Positions 59,523-64,000 of a stretch of DNA of 64,000 bases are shown piece by piece. The stretch's first letter is position 1, and each line of letters starts with the position of its first letter. The DNA comes from Callorhinchus milii (Eukaryota). The notes under the pieces were generated by a model. That model did no database searches. It saw only the letters and a program-made list of their open reading frames with translations, and was not told where the DNA came from. Both the position numbers and the translations under genes were made by a program. Location: NCBI RefSeq assembly GCF_018977255.1, contig NW_024704873.1:62001-126000 (forward strand). Reading direction: 5' to 3'.

Positions 59523-61624
59523 TACGTGAAAAATCAAGTCTCAGTCATCCCCCTAGGATTTGTGGGGTCTTCCAATGCCAATTTTCCCTCGTTGAGTTAG
59601 AATTTATGGGAGGCAGCTTGGCCTGATGATCCACGGCAACCATCCACGCAGCAACGCAATGTTTGTCAAGCCTCCGCCAATGATGTCCTCATGCCTAGAA
59701 TCCGTGTTTACAACGAGAATGCACACATGCATTGAGGTTTCATTTATCCTGTCCAGGCATTGTCATTTTGGGGGGGGGGGGGGGTTGGCATGTGGTCGAT
59801 TGCACCTGGAAGTGAGGGCGGCTTCTCGTGAGGCGACCCTGACTCAAGCTGAAAGCGGGCAGATTAAACACGGCGCGTTCATGTCTTCTCGCGCAGTTGG
59901 GCCTCTGGTGAAAGATTCCCACAGAGATTTAACATAAACTGCCAAAGTTTTTAAAAGGACATGTTTTACAAACTACAAGCTGAGAAGAAGCAGTTTTTTC
60001 TGCAACTGATAAATATTTTTTGCAAGTATAAAAGGCACCAAAAATGTCTGCTGAAATGTTGAAGACCACCCACATAAATATCATTCATATTTTGTCACTC
60101 AGCGTTATTCCATGCTGATAAATAATCTGCCAAAGACAACGTGGGCACCTTTGCTCTTGGTGATATATTGGATCACGTGGCAGCAACAGTGGAGGTCGTC
60201 CAATGAGCATGCGTTTTTTTACTCCAACGTAACAGTGGACTCTAAAATAAAATGCATTTCATTTTATGCTTGAGTAAACGGTGGATGTCTTGCCAATATT
60301 CGTATGAATCTGAAAAATATGGGCCTAAATGCAAAATTGCATATGATACGAATGAAAATAGTTTCGGACTGATCCAAAAACGTCAAGGTCACTGGAGATG
60401 GCATAACTACATGGCGTGACTTACATTAATATTACTCATTTGCCGCTGGAGAGTAAAAACAAACAGTCAGTGATTCATATTTATAATATTCAAAATATTT
60501 ACATTTTGTACGTTAACAATAAACATTTGGTATAATCTCAACAAACGAACATACAAAACCTGAGAATCTGAGAACTTAAAAATGTTTCATCCCAAACACA
60601 GCTGTGCTAATTGGGAATGTCCAATCAGCGATCATTCGTGTGACTCAACGAGTTTTCCTACAATTCTGACCTGAGAGGATTGGTTCAAGACAGACAAGGC
60701 GGTTTATAAGCCACCATTATTGTTCGAAGTGGAGTGACCTCCCTGATGTTATGTCATCGCATGCTATTCACTGGCACAGTGCATTCTCACAATCGTCGTA
60801 GAAAAGAAACACTGGAAGTATCCACGAGCTCAGCGGTTTCTCCTGGGTGTGGGGAGCTCACTCCCTGTGCCGTCCTCTCTAAGGCCCAGAAAAGGTATTG
60901 CAGAGTCAGTTATGACCACACACTGAAATGTCACCAACTCGGCACACTCTGCAACCACATCAAATAATCCTCAACTGAAGGTAAAAGATTTCCTCATGCT
61001 ACAATCACCTTGAAATGCACTGCACGGGATTTGTGATGCACATAATCAACTTCACGATGATTACAAAATATGTAAACAATGCTTGAACAAATTTACTAAA
61101 GTTCTGCTTCATATATATGACCTTTATTTTATAACTTTCATATGTTATTTTGGCAAATGTTAGGAAGACAAATACTTTGTATATGAACTTGCAAGTTCAT
61201 GAAAATTGTGAAATTATCAGTAAGAATTGAACAAGCAAATCCAAATGAGATGCGCATTCTATATTTAACAGGCATTTAACAATGCTTCAATTCATCTATG
61301 AAAATCTGTTGTTATGACCATGGTAGGTGCATTGCATGATGTTTGCTTGAGAAGCAATTATTTACATAGAGTATATGATAATTACATGCAAAGTACATAC
61401 TGTTACATTTACGCTACTGATGGGGTACAAACCTGCACAAATAAGACAGAAAAAAGAATCGGTTCTTAAATCAATTACTCCACTTAAATCAATATTGTCA
61501 AATTGCGCTTTTGTGTCCTTTGGTGAAATCTGTGCACCAGGTGAGGTGTGCATCAAAACTGGAGATGAGATCCACTCTGAGGGTGCAGTCCCATGGACCT
61601 ATAACAATAATAATACATTTATTT

Positions 61625-61915
61625 ATTAGGTGCCTTGTAAGATTAAGGTTAAGGAAAGGCAAAGAGAGAAAGAGAGCTACATATAATACAGGGAATAAAG
61701 AAAATGTGTTTTTAGACGTGACTTAAAAGTGTCCACATTGTCGGTTAGATTAATTTCCAAGGGTAGGGAATTCCACAAGACATTGTGAAGCTTCGTGTTC
61801 ACTCGCAGGCATGCACATGTGAGACAAGGCCTCCTGTATAACGGTGTAGTCTCAGCGGAGCAGGAGACAAGGTTTTTCAGGATCACCTTTATTAATACCT
61901 TTAGGTTCACAGGTT
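61625..61915 (-). mobile_element. L2 LINE 3' end
   Basis: LWNSLPLEI..DTFKSRLKTH peptide; A-rich tail. Confidence 0.7.
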
Positions 61916-61951
61916 CACCCTCGCACTCTCCCTAATTGTCTAGCCTAGCCT

Positions 61952-62032
61952 TAAATTTCGATTTAAAGCTTTCGTGACTGCAGGGAATTAATAATATTAT
62001 TATTGTATTACTTCCCTTCTACGTGACTTTAC
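61952..62032 (-). mobile_element. PLE tail micro-insertion with inverted junction
   Basis: AAAGCTTTCGTGACTGCAGGGAAT (reverse tail) joined to ATTACTTCCCTTCTACGTGACTTTAC (forward); same subfamily as 25813-26000. Confidence 0.65.
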
Positions 62033-62974
62033 AGCCCTGACCATTTTACACTAACGGCGCCGACCGAGACAGCTAACAACTATCCGGCCACGCAATATCT
62101 AGCAAAGACGGCAGCAACGAAGGCAGCGAAGACAACAGTGATGACGAGACGAGTCCACTTCCCAGAACCGGCAGCCACGAGCTCAGCTGTTTATGCTACC
62201 CGGTGCGGTCTGGTTCCGCCCTGGCCACGCGTCCCTTCTCGAACCCACTAGCGGGTTCCAGGGGCTTCCAGATGGGGTTTTCCATGACCCTTGCCCTAGT
62301 TTCTCCACCCTGCCGACACACCCATGTATATGCTCACCGGCGTGTGTACTGCTCGTCTACCGCAGGCCGTTGCTGGACAACAGTCGGCGCTATTACACTA
62401 CACATGTCACATCATTACAGTAAGGATCTTTTTTACTTGGTACATCAAAATACAGCGATGCTTCATGCTATAATTGTGCAGTGTAGTAAATTATATTCTT
62501 CGGTATTCAATCACAGGAAAAATATGTTTACGTTTCAAATGTACACCACATTTATTACATATCGTAATCAAGGCTATTAAGTGCTACCTTATTTCTGTAA
62601 TTACTACCTCATCACTTTAATAATTCAGTTGAGATAAGCAATGTTCCTAATAAAGTGTGTTACTGAAGGCATTTATGTATATGATATTTACTAATTATAT
62701 TTAATCAGTTTCCACTGTATCAAATTCCATTGTTATAGTCTACAAAAACTATGCAATTGTAATTTGTGTTTTCCAGAATGTGAATGGCGGAATATGCGTG
62801 GTTGATGGTAGAGAAACCTTTCCTAAACCTTGGTCACACGTGGTTGATTGGCCTCCAAATGTTCTGTTATTCTGTTCTCAACAATTTTCGTGAACAATGT
62901 ACATCCACGCAACAAGATGGTAATGCGTGTGTAATTCTGTTAGTCAGTTTTAGCACCACTGTGGAATAGAATAA

Positions 62975-63330
62975 TTATTGGGATTCATTGACAATTGGAA
63001 AAAAAGCTTGCATGCAAAAAGAACTGAATTACACAAGAGACACTCTTTCACCCAAGTTAATAACAGCGATGTTTCAGAAAATGGTTAAAGAACATTGGAT
63101 GGGAGAAACTAATGCACAAATATAAATGGATACAACATTAACCATTCCATATTGGCCGACGACCATATTATTATAACGTCCAATGGGCAAAAACTACTGT
63201 GCTTGATGGAAGAACTTCGTGAGGAGGCGAAGTTGGACTCAAGATAAATATGGGTTAAATAACTGTTACCGACAACAAACTGTCCAATACAACGGGGATA
63301 TCTATCAGTGGAATACCACTGGAACACAGC
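62975..63330 (+). mobile_element. Decayed RTE-like RT fragment
   Basis: DTLSPKL..AMF, INGYNINHSILADDHIII..LMEELREEA..GLKINM in shifting frames. Confidence 0.65.
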
Positions 63331-63336
63331 AGAATA

Positions 63337-63699
63337 CAGGCAGTCCTCGCTTTACAACTTTACAACGCGTTCTTAAAAACCCCGTAATTGTAAATCGGAT
63401 CGTCGTAAGTCGGACTCTATTTTCCCATAGACTGTAGAAACAGTAGAAACTTCACTTGCTGATGTGTTTTTTTCCTTTAATCAGCCATTTTAACAGGATT
63501 TAAAAAGTAGAAATCCACAAGAACACTTAAGAAAAACAAAAGCTACACACCAAGTCACATCGGAAACCAGACTGACTCTGTTCAAATGCGTTCAGAGTCA
63601 TGTCGGAAGATGTGTCGTAAATCAACACATGTGGCGTTATATAAACATCGTAAATACGGATCATCACAAATCGGACTGTGATAAACGAAGACCGCACTG
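63337..63699. mobile_element. pogo/Tigger-like MITE
   Basis: TA|CAGGCAGTCCTCGCTTTAC..GATAAACGAAGACCGCACTG|TA imperfect TIRs; subterminal GTAA.TCGGA repeats. Confidence 0.6.
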
Positions 63700-63707
63700 T
63701 ATGTACA

Positions 63708-64000
63708 TGTAGTGTGTTAACTTAGGCACACACTTGTACTTGGAGGCAACACGTTTATTCAACACAACGGGTAACTCTAACAAGATAACAGCATAGGGTG
63801 GCGACCACCACGGCTAACTAAACTGACACTCAGAGAGACAATTCTCTAGTCGGACCAGGACAGCTAACTGGCTGCCTGGTCCACGCGTGCAGACCGGAGA
63901 CTGAGGACCGAGGATCGAGGATGGCGACTTCATTCCCAGAGTTGAATGCCCCAATCCCTCTCGGGACCGCGCTTATAACTCCCCTGGCGTGACCGGCCCA
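63708..64000 (-). mobile_element. Possible LTR, continuing beyond the window
   Basis: Abrupt start at TGTAGTG; minus-strand TATAA (~63975) upstream of AATAAA (~63755), the U3-R-U5 order expected. Other end not visible. Confidence 0.3.

Overview
Repeat-dense eukaryotic DNA with no recognisable intact host gene. The repeat content (Chapaev-type transposase with an intron, Tc1, V-domain SINEs, RTE and L2 LINEs) suggests a fish or jawless vertebrate, most plausibly lamprey; this is inference. The only intact protein-coding sequence I can support is a DD34E Tc1 transposase (58137-59159, minus strand). The main signal is a Penelope-like element (PLE) and hammerhead-ribozyme (HHR) family present about 8 times in 64 kb. 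It includes: (i) a ~1.55 kb spacer-less palindrome built from a GIY-YIG 3' end with a minimal HHR on each arm; (ii) an ORF-less ~700-nt HHR unit with a duplicated tail, an inverted 5' copy and a 12-bp target-site duplication (TSD), resembling a retrozyme; (iii) several 65-190 bp tail-only insertions, often palindromic, with their own TSDs. All share a conserved CGTGACT...AGTCACGAAAGC 3' motif. Also present: two non-autonomous Helitrons, Harbinger/hAT/mariner/pogo MITEs, nested insertions, a 13-bp G-rich minisatellite, and several low-confidence decayed exons (Ig-like, EGF-like, cytoplasmic-tail-like), all on the minus strand. Repeat boundaries were read by eye and are approximate unless a TSD or terminus is quoted.
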